Shown in pieces: positions 27,425 to 38,149 of a DNA stretch of 64,000 bases. The notes under the pieces are model-generated. The model ran no database searches. It was not told the DNA's origin and saw only the letters and a list, made by a program, of their open reading frames with translations. A program made the translations under genes and the position numbers. Within the stretch, counting starts at the first letter, position 1. Each line of letters begins with the position of its first letter. Source of the stretch: Candidatus Bilamarchaeaceae archaeon (GTDB lineage: Archaea; Micrarchaeota; Micrarchaeia; Anstonellales; Bilamarchaeaceae); the NCBI GenBank assembly GCA_038870635.1, contig JAVZJR010000001.1, positions 227,601 through 291,600 of the forward strand, given 5' to 3'.

Positions 27425-29243
27425 AAAAAACAGCCTCCTTTTTCCAAAAACTCTCTACATATTTAGCAGGATTTGATGATATTATTGTTCGTTGCTCATT
27501 AAAAATCCATTTGTAGTTTTTCCATCTAAACCTCTCGTCAAAATAAACGACTGCAACTCTATCTGTTTCTTTTCTTCTTGCTCTCCCTGCTGCCTGAAGC
27601 GCTTTTATTGTTGCAGGGTAGAGATATGCGTACTCCCATCCTTTTCCAAACCTTTTTTGGTAATATTTTATCAAAGCCTCTATTTCTGCATTCATTTCTT
27701 CTAATCCAACACCAACAATAATGATTGTTTTTATTTCGCTATTGCAGAAATCAACCCCTTCTGCTAATGAACCACCTTGTACGCCGCAAAGCACGCCACC
27801 CTTCTCTGAAAAACGAATTAATAATTCGCGTAATTCATGCGGTCGCATTTTGCTTTGTTGTATGTGAAGTTTTTGAGATTCTATCAACGGCAAAATATTT
27901 TCCATTACATTATAGGATGGAAAAAATATGGCGCACCCCCCTGGTGTTACTTTAATTACTTTATTTATCTCAGATGCTATCTTTGAATAGGTTTCCTTAT
28001 TCCTTTCAGTATATCTTGTTGTCGCGCCAGTAGCAATTATATTCAAAATATTTGATTGCGGAAAAGGAGAAGGATAAGATTTTGCCATTATTCTGGTTTG
28101 GTCAAGACCTAAAACATCTCTATGCATCTCAAAAGGTAGGAGTGTGCCACTCATAAGTACAGAAGAATAGGTTTTATTCAGTGATGAAGTAAGTATAGAT
28201 GGGTCAAGTATCTTTTTGGATATCTTAAATCCATTATCTGTTCTACTTACTATTCTAACTGATTCAGTATTATCATCCCATTCAGAAAGAAAAAGTGCTA
28301 GTTTAAGAGCAGCGCTCTTTCTTGTTTTATGATTTATGTAAGCTGTACCTGCTTCTTCAAGATTTATGATAAGCTCTTCAGAAAAGGAATGTAAAAGATA
28401 GACTAATTCTTCTTTTTCTATTACCACTTCGTCTTTCTTGCCTAATACATCATCTGCCCAAATTTGAAATTTCTCGGTTAAATCTTCACTTTCAAAACCA
28501 AAAAATCTAAGCTCTTTTTCTGCTTTTCTTATCATATTTGAAGTAACAGTAAATGAGAGGTAGCTTCTGGCTCTCTTGGCAAGATTATGTGCTTCATCAA
28601 CTATAACGATACTATCCTCTATTCTCTTTTCCGTCCTTGCAAACAAACCTTCTCTTATTCGAGGAGCAAGAAAATGATAGTAATCACATATTATAACATT
28701 TGAAAACGGAGCTATACGCAATAAAAGTTCATAAGGGCAAAAACCATACGAAGAAGCAAAACCGATAGCATCAATAAAAGACTTGCCAGCGCCATATTCC
28801 TTAAGAATCTTTTCTAAGTGTTTTTCAGATAGAAAATCCAACTCTCTTACTCTATTGTAAAAATCACAAGTTTTTCTTTTTCTTTTATTGTCACAAAAAT
28901 ATTGAAAACTTTCGTTGTCGTATTCTTTAGTATCCAGAAGACACATATGCCTTCTTCCAACAAGATCGATAGCACGTATATTTAAGTTATACTTTTTTGC
29001 TATGCCTGAAACAACATCAAGCGCAATTTTATGTTGTGATATTTTTGGGGTTAAAAAAAATATTGAAAGATTGGTATCAATGGCGTAAGTTATAGCTGCT
29101 GAAAGTGCCGCATCTGTTTTGCCGCTTCCTGTAGGTGCATTTGCGAGAAATATTCCTCCTCTTGCTATCGCTGAATAGATGTCTTCAACTAACTCTTTTT
29201 GATGCTTTCTTAATTTTTCATGCCTAAAAAGAAAATCTACCAC
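27390..29243 (-). CDS. XPD/Rad3-family Fe-S DNA helicase
   Basis: APTGSGKT, four Cys (HMC, YFC, KTC, FCPY), VDEAHN, MSGTL, EGVDF, QAAGR. Confidence 0.93.
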   Translation of the reverse strand: MVDFLFRHEKLRKHQKELVEDIYSAIARGGIFLANAPTGSGKTDAALSAAITYAIDTNLSIFFLTPKISQHKIALDVVSGIAKKYNLNIRAIDLVGRRHMCLLDTKEYDNESFQYFCDNKRKRKTCDFYNRVRELDFLSEKHLEKILKEYGAGKSFIDAIGFASSYGFCPYELLLRIAPFSNVIICDYYHFLAPRIREGLFARTEKRIEDSIVIVDEAHNLAKRARSYLSFTVTSNMIRKAEKELRFFGFESEDLTEKFQIWADDVLGKKDEVVIEKEELVYLLHSFSEELIINLEEAGTAYINHKTRKSAALKLALFLSEWDDNTESVRIVSRTDNGFKISKKILDPSILTSSLNKTYSSVLMSGTLLPFEMHRDVLGLDQTRIMAKSYPSPFPQSNILNIIATGATTRYTERNKETYSKIASEINKVIKVTPGGCAIFFPSYNVMENILPLIESQKLHIQQSKMRPHELRELLIRFSEKGGVLCGVQGGSLAEGVDFCNSEIKTIIIVGVGLEEMNAEIEALIKYYQKRFGKGWEYAYLYPATIKALQAAGRARRKETDRVAVVYFDERFRWKNYKWIFNEQRTIISSNPAKYVESFWKKEAVFYENIDSRGYGE

Positions 29244-29267
29244 ATTGGTTTTTTCTCACTAAAAATA

Positions 29268-30908
29268 TTAAATCCTCCCTTCCAACACTCTAGTAAAAGA
29301 TGCTATATAATTATCAGGAATCTTCAACCTACGCATTGCCTTTTGCACAATAATTACCTCTTCTTTTCCAAAAGAGCGGGATAGTATTAGCAAAACAAAA
29401 TATATTACCGATGATAAAAGAAATAAAAGACCAAAAAATATAAGTTTCACAAATTTAGTTAGAATTTCTGTATCTAAAAAACCTAAGTGAGCCATTACAA
29501 TAGAGAGTGGAAGAGAGGAGATATATTCGATTATGTTCTGCCGTGTGATATACAAAATAAGAAAAGCAACCAAACCTGCAAAAATAGGGGGTAGTAATTC
29601 CAATGGGAAAGAAAAGGCAAAAAGTCTCTTTGAATAATAAAATGCCAAGATAGTCATGAGCAAAAATGAGAAAAATGTTGCTATGGCAGCACCATCCATT
29701 TCCCACAATGGGATAAAGAGAAAGTTAAGGATTATATTAAGTATAGCACAGCCCACTGCAATCTTAAGTTCTATATCCAGCCTTCGCATAGCAGCTATTA
29801 CTTTCATTGGAAGAAGAGATAGTGAAAATATAGCGAAAGATAACAGATAGACAATAAGAACATTATCGCCGCTTACATAACTTTCTCCATAAAAAACTCT
29901 CAAAAAGAATGATGAAAAAGATAAAAGCAAAATAAGAAAAGGCATTCCTATAATGATCGACCACTTTATAGCAACTGTGGTAATTTTTCTTATTTCGTCT
30001 AATTTTTCTTTACCAAAAAGCTCAGAAACCATAGGCAAAAATATAGTAATTATGGCTGAAAAAGGCAGAAGAACAAGGCCTGCAAATGTTGTAACAACAG
30101 AATATATACCAACTTTCTCTAAAGCATTTTCTTTTATAAGAACACCGAGCATAAATCGGTCTGTTGAAGATGCGATAACGTAGAGAGCCGCTGTAAGCGA
30201 TAGAATAAGGCCAAATGAGAAAACTTCAAAAATAAAAGAGCGGCCTGTAACTGATTTATCTTCTTCATATTTTCCAAAATTCCTAATATCTTTAAGCGTA
30301 AAATAGGCATAGCCAATTATTAAAGGTATAAAAGAAATAAGGTAAGCAAGGCTTAGAGAAACTGCATTAAAAGCTATAATAAACCCAAAAATAATTGTGA
30401 ATATGATTTTTATTATACCTTGGAAACTGTTAACTAATTGATAATCTCTTATGATCTTTCTTCCAACTAAAAAACCACCTAATAAAGCTGAAAGTTCGCT
30501 AACAAATGGAAAAAAGGCGAGAACCTGTAATGCTGGCGTAAGTTCTGGCTTTCCTAATAAAGAAGAAATATAAGGTGCTAAAAATAAGAGAATAAAAGAA
30601 GCTGCAATCGAGATAAAAAATCCAAGAATAAAAAGTACTTTCAAGAGATAAACTACCCTGGCTTTTTGTCCTTTACTATAAAGGTATGGGACATACGTGG
30701 GTAATGATTGAGAAAAACCAAGATCGGTAAAGATTACAATAAAACCTACTATAGACAAAACAAAATAAAAGATGCCAATTTCTTCTGTGCTAAATAACCT
30801 GGCCACAACTATTAAATAAATAAAACTAAAAAACTTTAAGAGCACTTGAGCTGCGAAAGTCCATACCGTACCTTTTGCCAAAGTTGACGAGTCTATCGTA
30901 GGTTCCAT
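29268..30908 (-). CDS. Wzx-type polysaccharide flippase
   Basis: Many TM helices, ARLFSTEEIGIF, TDRFMLG, VGIYS, LNFLFIPLWEMDGAAIAT. Confidence 0.92.
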   Translation of the reverse strand: MEPTIDSSTLAKGTVWTFAAQVLLKFFSFIYLIVVARLFSTEEIGIFYFVLSIVGFIVIFTDLGFSQSLPTYVPYLYSKGQKARVVYLLKVLFILGFFISIAASFILLFLAPYISSLLGKPELTPALQVLAFFPFVSELSALLGGFLVGRKIIRDYQLVNSFQGIIKIIFTIIFGFIIAFNAVSLSLAYLISFIPLIIGYAYFTLKDIRNFGKYEEDKSVTGRSFIFEVFSFGLILSLTAALYVIASSTDRFMLGVLIKENALEKVGIYSVVTTFAGLVLLPFSAIITIFLPMVSELFGKEKLDEIRKITTVAIKWSIIIGMPFLILLLSFSSFFLRVFYGESYVSGDNVLIVYLLSFAIFSLSLLPMKVIAAMRRLDIELKIAVGCAILNIILNFLFIPLWEMDGAAIATFFSFLLMTILAFYYSKRLFAFSFPLELLPPIFAGLVAFLILYITRQNIIEYISSLPLSIVMAHLGFLDTEILTKFVKLIFFGLLFLLSSVIYFVLLILSRSFGKEEVIIVQKAMRRLKIPDNYIASFTRVLEGRI

Positions 30909-30957
30909 TCATGCACCAGCAAATAGTACAGTAAAATATAATAAAAATATATTGAAA

Positions 30958-31509
30958 TTATTGTGGTATTAATTCTATTTTATCAAAATAAGCACTATAA
31001 ACACTGCTATAAACATTCGGAGCGCGCACCACTACTTGAATATATGATGTATTGTTATGAATAGAAATATTGGTTAGTAAAAATTTCGACCAGTTAGATT
31101 GAGGGGTAAAAAATGTATAATAATAAGACAAAACTGACCTATTAGAGTCCAGGAAGTAAACATACATTGCATAACTGCCATTGTTGCCGTAATTATTTTT
31201 TGCGTAAAGAGATAAATCTACAGTAGAATAATTCCCTTTTGAAAAATAAACTATTTGCTCAAAACCTTTGTTAAGTTGAAATATTGGCTTACTAACAAAA
31301 AGCGAGTAATTACCATCATAAGATTGATTGTTTACTCTTTCTACATAATTTGTTTTACCCCAGATACTGGTGTTTATTGTTGTATCAAAAGGTGAAGAAA
31401 CTGTTAAAAATGAATTTGTTTCAAAACTTGGATTAGACAATAAATTGATAGAAAACAAAATATTGAACAAAAGTAAATTTGTCAGCAAAAGAAAAAATAT
31501 TTTTTTCAT
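30958..31509 (-). CDS. secreted protein with carbohydrate-binding-module-like jelly-roll domain
   Basis: Signal peptide, NLLSNPSFE start and AYFDKIEL end typical of CBM4/9-like domains; many N-x-S/T sequons. Confidence 0.65.
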   Translation of the reverse strand: MKKIFFLLLTNLLLFNILFSINLLSNPSFETNSFLTVSSPFDTTINTSIWGKTNYVERVNNQSYDGNYSLFVSKPIFQLNKGFEQIVYFSKGNYSTVDLSLYAKNNYGNNGSYAMYVYFLDSNRSVLSYYYTFFTPQSNWSKFLLTNISIHNNTSYIQVVVRAPNVYSSVYSAYFDKIELIPQ

Positions 31510-31555
31510 AAATAACACCTCTGTATACTCTTTTCTCCGTATACTATTTTAAAAG

Positions 31556-33319
31556 TTATTTTTTAAATTTTTTTCTTATGATGTAATTGCCACATTGAGA
31601 GATATCAAGATGAGAATTGTCCATTGTAAAGAACAACTCTCTTATAAAACCTATAAGAGGATAACCATGGATATTTAAAGAAGTGTTTAATATGCCACCA
31701 ATTCCAGTTAATTTTCTATATTCATTAATAAGATCCCAATACTCTTTGTTGTGATTTATTTTAACAACATTTGGCCTCATTGTATAGTCTTTCCGATGAA
31801 TAGCTGCCTTTAAATGTTTTTTGCCATCTTCTGTTGTATCATAAGCAGTTATCATATAATAAGGTATAGATTTACCATTAAAAATTGCATAATCCTCAAA
31901 ATGCGAATCCAAAACCGAGCAAGCGAAAGGCATCCAAAAATCACGTGATTTAATAGCATAATTAATCATTTCAACACTTTCTAATTTCGATGGGTCAGCA
32001 AGAATGGCCCTATTCCCTAAACTCCTTGCGCCAACTTCGCCCCTCCCTGCGAATCTTCCAACTATATTTCCTTCTGCGACTAATTGAGCAACTTCTTTAT
32101 TTATGTTTTTTGATTTTTCCAGCTCGTATTTTTTATCTAATTCATTTTCCCTAAAAAATCTTTCGATTTCCTCGTCACTGTACTCCTTACCTAGATACAT
32201 TGTTTCATTAGAAAAACCAAATTCGCCTTGTTTTTCTAAAACGTAAAAGGCAGCGCCTACAGCGTTCATTTCATCCCCGCATGAAGGCATGAAATAGCAC
32301 TTTTCAATATCAGGTAGCTCTTGAATTTTTTTGTTTAGCTTAACGTTCATAAAAAGCCCGCCGCCAAATGCAATTTTTTTTATTTTATATTTTTCTATAT
32401 TCTGCCTTACAAATTCTGTTATTTTATCTTCAATTAATTGTTGAATACCAAAAGCAATATTATCAAATCTTTCACGATAAAGACGACCGCGAAGAACGGT
32501 GTACGTATAAGCGCCAGAAAGAAAAGTTTTGTATCTTAAAGAAATTTTTGTATCTTTGACTGTGATTAAATCTTCAAATTTATTTTTATATACCTTCATC
32601 CCGTATTCTTTCGGTGGATAAGCAGCAAGCCCCATTACTTTATGTTCATGCTCAAGCTCTTTCATACCCAAATACTTTGTAACTGCTGCATATAACCAAG
32701 CAGTTGAATCAACAAAACTTGTAGTACTCAATAGCTTATAGTTCCCGTTTTCATACACTCCTGTCATACCTGCAAGAGTATCACCATAACCATCTTGCGT
32801 AATTATTAAAACCGGTTCTTTTTGTTTATGTAAATTAAAGAAACCGATTGGCGCGTAACTGTGGCAAAGATGGTGGTGAACAAAAACTATTTGATCTTTT
32901 CGAAAACCAAAAAGATTTTTTAATAAGTTAATGGTCGCTGTCTGGCTAAACTTTTTCTTTATTTTTTTTTGATAAAAAGTATATAAATTCTCAAACAATG
33001 GAGAAGTAAAGCCAAAGTATCTACTTACTAAAGCAGCAAAAAATAAACCATAGACTTCAATAGTAACACTTGTATTTGTGTGTTGTTTAGAATCAGGTAT
33101 TTGCACTGAAGGAACATATTCACCGGCGATAGCTACAAAATCGATATTATCCGCGTTTAAATTGTATGTATTCATTATATATTTTATTGAATTCAATGGA
33201 AAACCACTATAATTTTTAATATTTGTAAATTTTTCCTCTGATAAGGAAATTTCCAGTTTATTATTTAAAATAAGGGCCGCGGTTGCATTATGGCCTACAT
33301 GGATGGACAAAATATTCAT
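31556..33319 (-). CDS. NodU/CmcH-family carbamoyltransferase
   Basis: HNATAAL, SEEKF, HHLCH, QDGYGD, EHKVMGLAAY, GGLFMNVK, GARSLGNRAILADP, RDFWMPFA, LNTSLNIHG.P. Confidence 0.95.
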   Translation of the reverse strand: MNILSIHVGHNATAALILNNKLEISLSEEKFTNIKNYSGFPLNSIKYIMNTYNLNADNIDFVAIAGEYVPSVQIPDSKQHTNTSVTIEVYGLFFAALVSRYFGFTSPLFENLYTFYQKKIKKKFSQTATINLLKNLFGFRKDQIVFVHHHLCHSYAPIGFFNLHKQKEPVLIITQDGYGDTLAGMTGVYENGNYKLLSTTSFVDSTAWLYAAVTKYLGMKELEHEHKVMGLAAYPPKEYGMKVYKNKFEDLITVKDTKISLRYKTFLSGAYTYTVLRGRLYRERFDNIAFGIQQLIEDKITEFVRQNIEKYKIKKIAFGGGLFMNVKLNKKIQELPDIEKCYFMPSCGDEMNAVGAAFYVLEKQGEFGFSNETMYLGKEYSDEEIERFFRENELDKKYELEKSKNINKEVAQLVAEGNIVGRFAGRGEVGARSLGNRAILADPSKLESVEMINYAIKSRDFWMPFACSVLDSHFEDYAIFNGKSIPYYMITAYDTTEDGKKHLKAAIHRKDYTMRPNVVKINHNKEYWDLINEYRKLTGIGGILNTSLNIHGYPLIGFIRELFFTMDNSHLDISQCGNYIIRKKFKK

Positions 33320-33349
33320 AAAACCACTATTTATCTTATTTAAATTACC

Positions 33350-34573
33350 TTATTTAAAATTTGAATTAATAATTTTAGAAAATATTTTTATAGCTTCTTT
33401 TGCATTTTCTGGCTTTATTGGATAAATTAATCTTTTAGCTGTATTTCGACCAATAAATAAACTTTTCAATGATTGTAAAAAGCGGATTGGAATGAAAATA
33501 ATAGCTTTAACTAAACCAAAGAAAATATTAAAGCGAGAAGTCTTTAATATTATTTCATCAGTATATATAGTTGCTTTTTTTGATATAAAAAGCGATATGA
33601 ATAAAAACGGAGTTAGAAGAAAACGCAAAATAGAAGAATAAGGGTAAAAACCTTTTTCTTTAACTCTTTTTATTTCTAATATTTTGTTATTAATAAGGGC
33701 AGGATAAAAAAACTGAAAAAAAGGGGCTTTCTCAAGAGTTTTTGATAGTTCTCTATCTGAAAAAACATCAGCAAAGAATGAGTAAAACACATACCAAAGA
33801 ATAAATTTTGCTATAGCAGATAAATCAGAAAAACTATGTAAAATAAAAGATTTCATAATTCCTGCTATATAAGGATAAAACTTTCTTTTTTCAGCCATTT
33901 TGTGGAATATTGTGTAACCAGCACGTGGATGTACAACATAAGCATTTTTGTTAATATAGATTAAGTTCGCTTTTCCCAGTCTGATAAGTAATTCAAAATC
34001 TTCACCCCCTCTCCACGTATATGGAAGGTGAAAACCAACAACCCCAAAAGCCTTCCGTGGATAGAATGCGAAGCCATTTACATTATAACTAAGTGCTTTA
34101 TCTGGATTTGCGTCTTCTAAAGAAATACAAACAGGAAAAACAACTTTGTTTTCCTTTTTTACGATTTTTCTACATTCTAGGAAGGATCTTTTAGAATCTA
34201 TAAAAACATTTATATCTGCTACAACTATTATTTCATAACCTAAAGAATAGCCTAGATAAGTAGCTGCAAAAAAAGCGCCAGAGGTTCCTAATGGAATTTT
34301 TTCTTTTATTTGAAGAGCATTCAAATTTAGTGGAATAAAATCTAATCCATGTTTGTAAACAAAAATTACATCTGCCACTTCATTTATTTCAGTATCTTTC
34401 AAATATTTTACAAAATTTTTAAGTTCTTCTATATCTCCGACGGGGGCTACAATAACCGTATCTTTCATATTTTTTATATTAAGAGAAAAAGAAGAGAGTA
34501 AAATATCCAAACCACTATCTAAAAGAATTTGACTTACTTTTTTCTCTGTTAAAAAATCATGATTATTCTTCAT
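33350..34573 (-). CDS. divergent family 2-like glycosyltransferase
   Basis: LGTSGAF, IIVVAD, GGEDFE, VVHP; located within the glycan cluster. Confidence 0.7.
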   Translation of the reverse strand: MKNNHDFLTEKKVSQILLDSGLDILLSSFSLNIKNMKDTVIVAPVGDIEELKNFVKYLKDTEINEVADVIFVYKHGLDFIPLNLNALQIKEKIPLGTSGAFFAATYLGYSLGYEIIVVADINVFIDSKRSFLECRKIVKKENKVVFPVCISLEDANPDKALSYNVNGFAFYPRKAFGVVGFHLPYTWRGGEDFELLIRLGKANLIYINKNAYVVHPRAGYTIFHKMAEKRKFYPYIAGIMKSFILHSFSDLSAIAKFILWYVFYSFFADVFSDRELSKTLEKAPFFQFFYPALINNKILEIKRVKEKGFYPYSSILRFLLTPFLFISLFISKKATIYTDEIILKTSRFNIFFGLVKAIIFIPIRFLQSLKSLFIGRNTAKRLIYPIKPENAKEAIKIFSKIINSNFK

Positions 34574-34596
34574 GAAAACACCTGCAAATAAAGCTG

Positions 34597-35691
34597 TTAT
34601 TTTTTGAAAAACTCTGCTATTTTATCAACTATATAGTATACATCATTGTCACTAAGATTAACTGATGAAGGCAACCACAAACCCCGCGCAGAAATATCTT
34701 CAGTAATTGGAAAAGTACCCTCATAATCAAATGCTGGTTCTGAATGAAGAGGAGGATAAAAAGACCTTGTACCTATTCCTTTTTCTTTTAAAAAATCCAT
34801 CAGTGGTTTTTTATCTTTTTTATCTTTTACTAAAACATCAAAAGCGCACAAAGCAGTTTCCTTAAAATCAGTTGGGATAAGCTCTATTTCTGGTATTTCT
34901 TTTAACAAAGAGTAATATAATTTACCGATTTCCTTTTTCCTTTTAATTCTCCAATCAAGTTTTTTCAGTTGTTCCATACCTATCACTGCTTGAAGATCAG
35001 TAACTTTAAAATTCCACCCTTTTAAGACAAAGTGGTCCCCATCTGGTGACTCTCTTCCAAAATTCCTTATCTTTTTCATTTTTTCAAATATTTCATCATT
35101 ATTAGTTACCACTGCTCCTCCCTGCCCTGTTGAGATTATCTTTGGCATGCTAAAGGAAAAGCTCCCTATATCGCCATAAGTACCAAGAAATTTTCCATAA
35201 GCTGTAGAACCAAGGGATTGCGCGGCATCTTCGATCAACCATATGTTATTTTTTTTACAAAAATATACGAAATCATTTATTCTCTTAGGATAGCGAGCGT
35301 TCATAGAAACTAACATTATCGCTTTTGTCTTATCACTAATGGCTTCTTTCATAAGATTAAAGTCCATACATAATGATTCTTTTTCAATATCTACAAAAAC
35401 TGCTTTTGCACCAAAAATCTCAACGGCAGTAGCACTAGCAACAAACGTATAGTCTGGAACAATAACTTCATCATCTTTTTTAATACCAATCGCAGCCAAA
35501 GCTAGCATTAAGGAAACAGTACCATTAAAAACGAAAGAACAATACTTTATACCTAAATATTTAGCAAGCATTTCTTCGAATTCTCTAGTCTTTTTAAATT
35601 CAGTTAACCAGCCCCCAGATTCCATATACTTCATAACTGCGTCTCTTTCCTCAGGACCAAAAACTGGTTCTATTTGATTTATAAATCTCAT
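34597..35691 (-). CDS. DegT/DnrJ/EryC1/StrS sugar aminotransferase
   Basis: NGT, TFVAS, IEDAAQSLG, SFSMPKIISTGQGG, LWLPS. Confidence 0.95.
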   Translation of the reverse strand: MRFINQIEPVFGPEERDAVMKYMESGGWLTEFKKTREFEEMLAKYLGIKYCSFVFNGTVSLMLALAAIGIKKDDEVIVPDYTFVASATAVEIFGAKAVFVDIEKESLCMDFNLMKEAISDKTKAIMLVSMNARYPKRINDFVYFCKKNNIWLIEDAAQSLGSTAYGKFLGTYGDIGSFSFSMPKIISTGQGGAVVTNNDEIFEKMKKIRNFGRESPDGDHFVLKGWNFKVTDLQAVIGMEQLKKLDWRIKRKKEIGKLYYSLLKEIPEIELIPTDFKETALCAFDVLVKDKKDKKPLMDFLKEKGIGTRSFYPPLHSEPAFDYEGTFPITEDISARGLWLPSSVNLSDNDVYYIVDKIAEFFKK

Positions 35692-36263
35692 AACAAACCT
35701 CGTTTTACATCATCCATTAATTTTTCAGCTTGTTTTTTTATTAGCGTACCATCTCTTTTTCCTAATTCTTTTGCGGGTATACCTGCATAAAGTGTCCATG
35801 GTTTGTATTCACCCTTTTTTACCAATGAAAAAGCACCAATCGAAACGCCTTCTGGTAAATGAACGCCTGGAAGTATGACAACGTTACAACCAAGAAGAAC
35901 ATGATCATCTATCTTAATTGGTGCTATATCAGATTCAGCTCCATATCCTTCTGGTATGGGAGGACCAACAAGACCTCCACCTCGGTAGTCATTCTGCCCA
36001 CCAACTAAGCAGCAATTCGGGCCGATATTAACAAAATTTCCTATTGTAACTTTAGCTTTTGCACCGCCTATCATTTTACACCCGGCACTGATATGCGTAA
36101 AATCACCAACACTTAATTGGCAGGAAATATAAGCAAAATCATCAATTATGCTGTTTCTCCCCATCTCAAAAAATTCAGGTCGTCTAATTCTTACTGTTTT
36201 GCCGATTATTGAATTCTTGCCAATTTTTTTAATTTTAGAAAGGTCAAAAAAAATATTTTCCAT
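35688..36263 (-). CDS. hexapeptide-repeat acyltransferase
   Basis: Left-handed beta-helix repeats, IDDHVLLGCNVVILPGV, YAGIPAK. Confidence 0.9.
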   Translation of the reverse strand: MENIFFDLSKIKKIGKNSIIGKTVRIRRPEFFEMGRNSIIDDFAYISCQLSVGDFTHISAGCKMIGGAKAKVTIGNFVNIGPNCCLVGGQNDYRGGGLVGPPIPEGYGAESDIAPIKIDDHVLLGCNVVILPGVHLPEGVSIGAFSLVKKGEYKPWTLYAGIPAKELGKRDGTLIKKQAEKLMDDVKRGLL

Positions 36264-36321
36264 AGAATAATTACATCAGCATATTTTTTAATTTTAACCT
36301 AATAAAAAATGAAAGGATTGG

Positions 36322-37413
36322 ATGATGAGAATTGCAGAAATTTTAATAGAGCCAAAGTATCCCATAAAAACAAGCGGAGAAATTGTTATAGAAAATCTTA
36401 TTGCTCAAATTAAACAGATTTACGGAAACAAATATGATATTACAATTATAAAAAGAAGTGAATTTAAGATTGATAGTATAGTAAATGGAATTTTTAGCAT
36501 GGTTGAAACACGTATAATCAGAAGTATTTTGATATTTTTACTGGGAGTAATAATTTTGCCAAAAATAAATACAATTTTAAAAAATTTTGATGTTGTAATA
36601 ATTAATGGTTATTTTACAGCAGTCTTTTTATTTCCTTATTTAATAATAAAGAAGAAAAAAAGTATTTATTGTCCTCACACCAATGTAAAACCAACAAAGA
36701 TCAATGCGTGGCTAATGAATTTTTTTGATGCAGTGGTATTTTTATCCGATTACAATCGGCAAGAACTGATAAATAAAAATAAAAAACTAGCCAGCAAAAC
36801 CTATGTCATATATAACTTTGTTCAAAATAATAAAGTCAAAATTAAAAAAAATATAAAGAAAAATAGTTTAGAATACTTGTTTGTAGGTAGAGCAGTTGAA
36901 GTAAAAAGACCATGGTTATTTATAGAGAGCATCATAGAAGCGGTAAAATTAAACAGAAATATAAAAGCTACCATGGTAATTTCAAAAGGAAGTTTGGAAA
37001 ATAAAATAAAAGAAATGATAATTGATGCAGAAAAAAAATATAATTGTAAAATAAGCCTATTCCAAAATGTAAAAAGAACAGAATTAGAAAATATATACAA
37101 TAAAGCAGATGTTTTTGTTTTTACATCAACTCAAGATGAAGGATTCGGAGTCGTTTTATTAGAAGCTATGCAACATGGCCTGCCAATTATATGCACAGAC
37201 CATCCAAAATTCAAGGAAATACTAAGGAATAGCGCGCTATATTTTAATGATAAAGAATCGCTTGTAGAAAAAATATTGAAACTATCACAAGATAATAAAT
37301 TATACTCGAAATACAAAAGTAGATCTTTAAAAAGATTTCATAGTTTTTCTCCACAAGAAATAACTAAAAAATGGATAGAATTATTTAACAAACTTGAGAT
37401 ACAAGAAAAATAA
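36322..37413 (+). CDS. glycosyltransferase family 4
   Basis: LFVGRAVEVK, EGFGVVLLEAMQHGLPII. Confidence 0.93.
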   Translation: MMRIAEILIEPKYPIKTSGEIVIENLIAQIKQIYGNKYDITIIKRSEFKIDSIVNGIFSMVETRIIRSILIFLLGVIILPKINTILKNFDVVIINGYFTAVFLFPYLIIKKKKSIYCPHTNVKPTKINAWLMNFFDAVVFLSDYNRQELINKNKKLASKTYVIYNFVQNNKVKIKKNIKKNSLEYLFVGRAVEVKRPWLFIESIIEAVKLNRNIKATMVISKGSLENKIKEMIIDAEKKYNCKISLFQNVKRTELENIYNKADVFVFTSTQDEGFGVVLLEAMQHGLPIICTDHPKFKEILRNSALYFNDKESLVEKILKLSQDNKLYSKYKSRSLKRFHSFSPQEITKKWIELFNKLEIQEK

Positions 37414-37428
37414 ATATAAGGTGAGCAT

Positions 37429-38127
37429 ATGAAAGATAAGTTTTTGATAACTTCAAAAAATATAATGAAAAAGATATTATCTCTCTTATCTTTTTTAATT
37501 CCAATATACTTTTCTAACTATTTTATAAGATTTATAGTTTTCTTATTTTTTCCCAATTTAAAATTTGATAAAACCGCCAGGATAAATATTACAAAAATAA
37601 ATACATATCAATTCGGTAAACATTGTTGCATTGGTAAATATGTTGTTATAGGACCCTATTTTAAATTAGGAGATTATAGCTATATAAATGAGGAAACAAT
37701 AATATCTTCATCTAAAAAATCTCCTGTTTTGATTGGAAAGTTCTGTTCCATTGCAGATAGGGTTACAATCGCCCCAACTAACCACCAATACAACAACATT
37801 ACTACGTCGCCTTCTCTCTATAATATAATTGGAATCACTCCAAAAAATTATTCGAAAGGAGGGGTAAAAATAGGAAATGACGTATGGATTGGAACAAAAT
37901 CTATTATAATGGATGGAGTAACTATCGGAGATGATGCTGTAATTGCAGCAGGTTCTGTGGTTACACACGATGTTCCACCATATACTATAGTTGAGGGCGT
38001 ACCAGCAAAAACAATAAAAATGCGTTTCACCCCCTCAAAAATTAAAAAGTTATTAGAAATAAAATGGTGGGAATGGGATGAAGATAAGATAAAAAGAAAC
38101 AAAAATTTCTTTATTAGCGGGCTGTAA
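37429..38127 (+). CDS. CatB/Vat-related O-acetyltransferase
   Basis: IGKFCSIA, IGNDVWIG, DVPPYTIVEGVPAK, KWWEW. Confidence 0.92.
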   Translation: MKDKFLITSKNIMKKILSLLSFLIPIYFSNYFIRFIVFLFFPNLKFDKTARINITKINTYQFGKHCCIGKYVVIGPYFKLGDYSYINEETIISSSKKSPVLIGKFCSIADRVTIAPTNHQYNNITTSPSLYNIIGITPKNYSKGGVKIGNDVWIGTKSIIMDGVTIGDDAVIAAGSVVTHDVPPYTIVEGVPAKTIKMRFTPSKIKKLLEIKWWEWDEDKIKRNKNFFISGL

Positions 38128-38149
38128 AAAATAGGGCGAATTATTGAAC

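Noticed and set aside
37429..38127. Antibiotic-resistance (cat/vat) gene
   Set aside because: Same fold, but its position in a glycan cluster next to a glycosyltransferase favours a sugar O-acetyltransferase.
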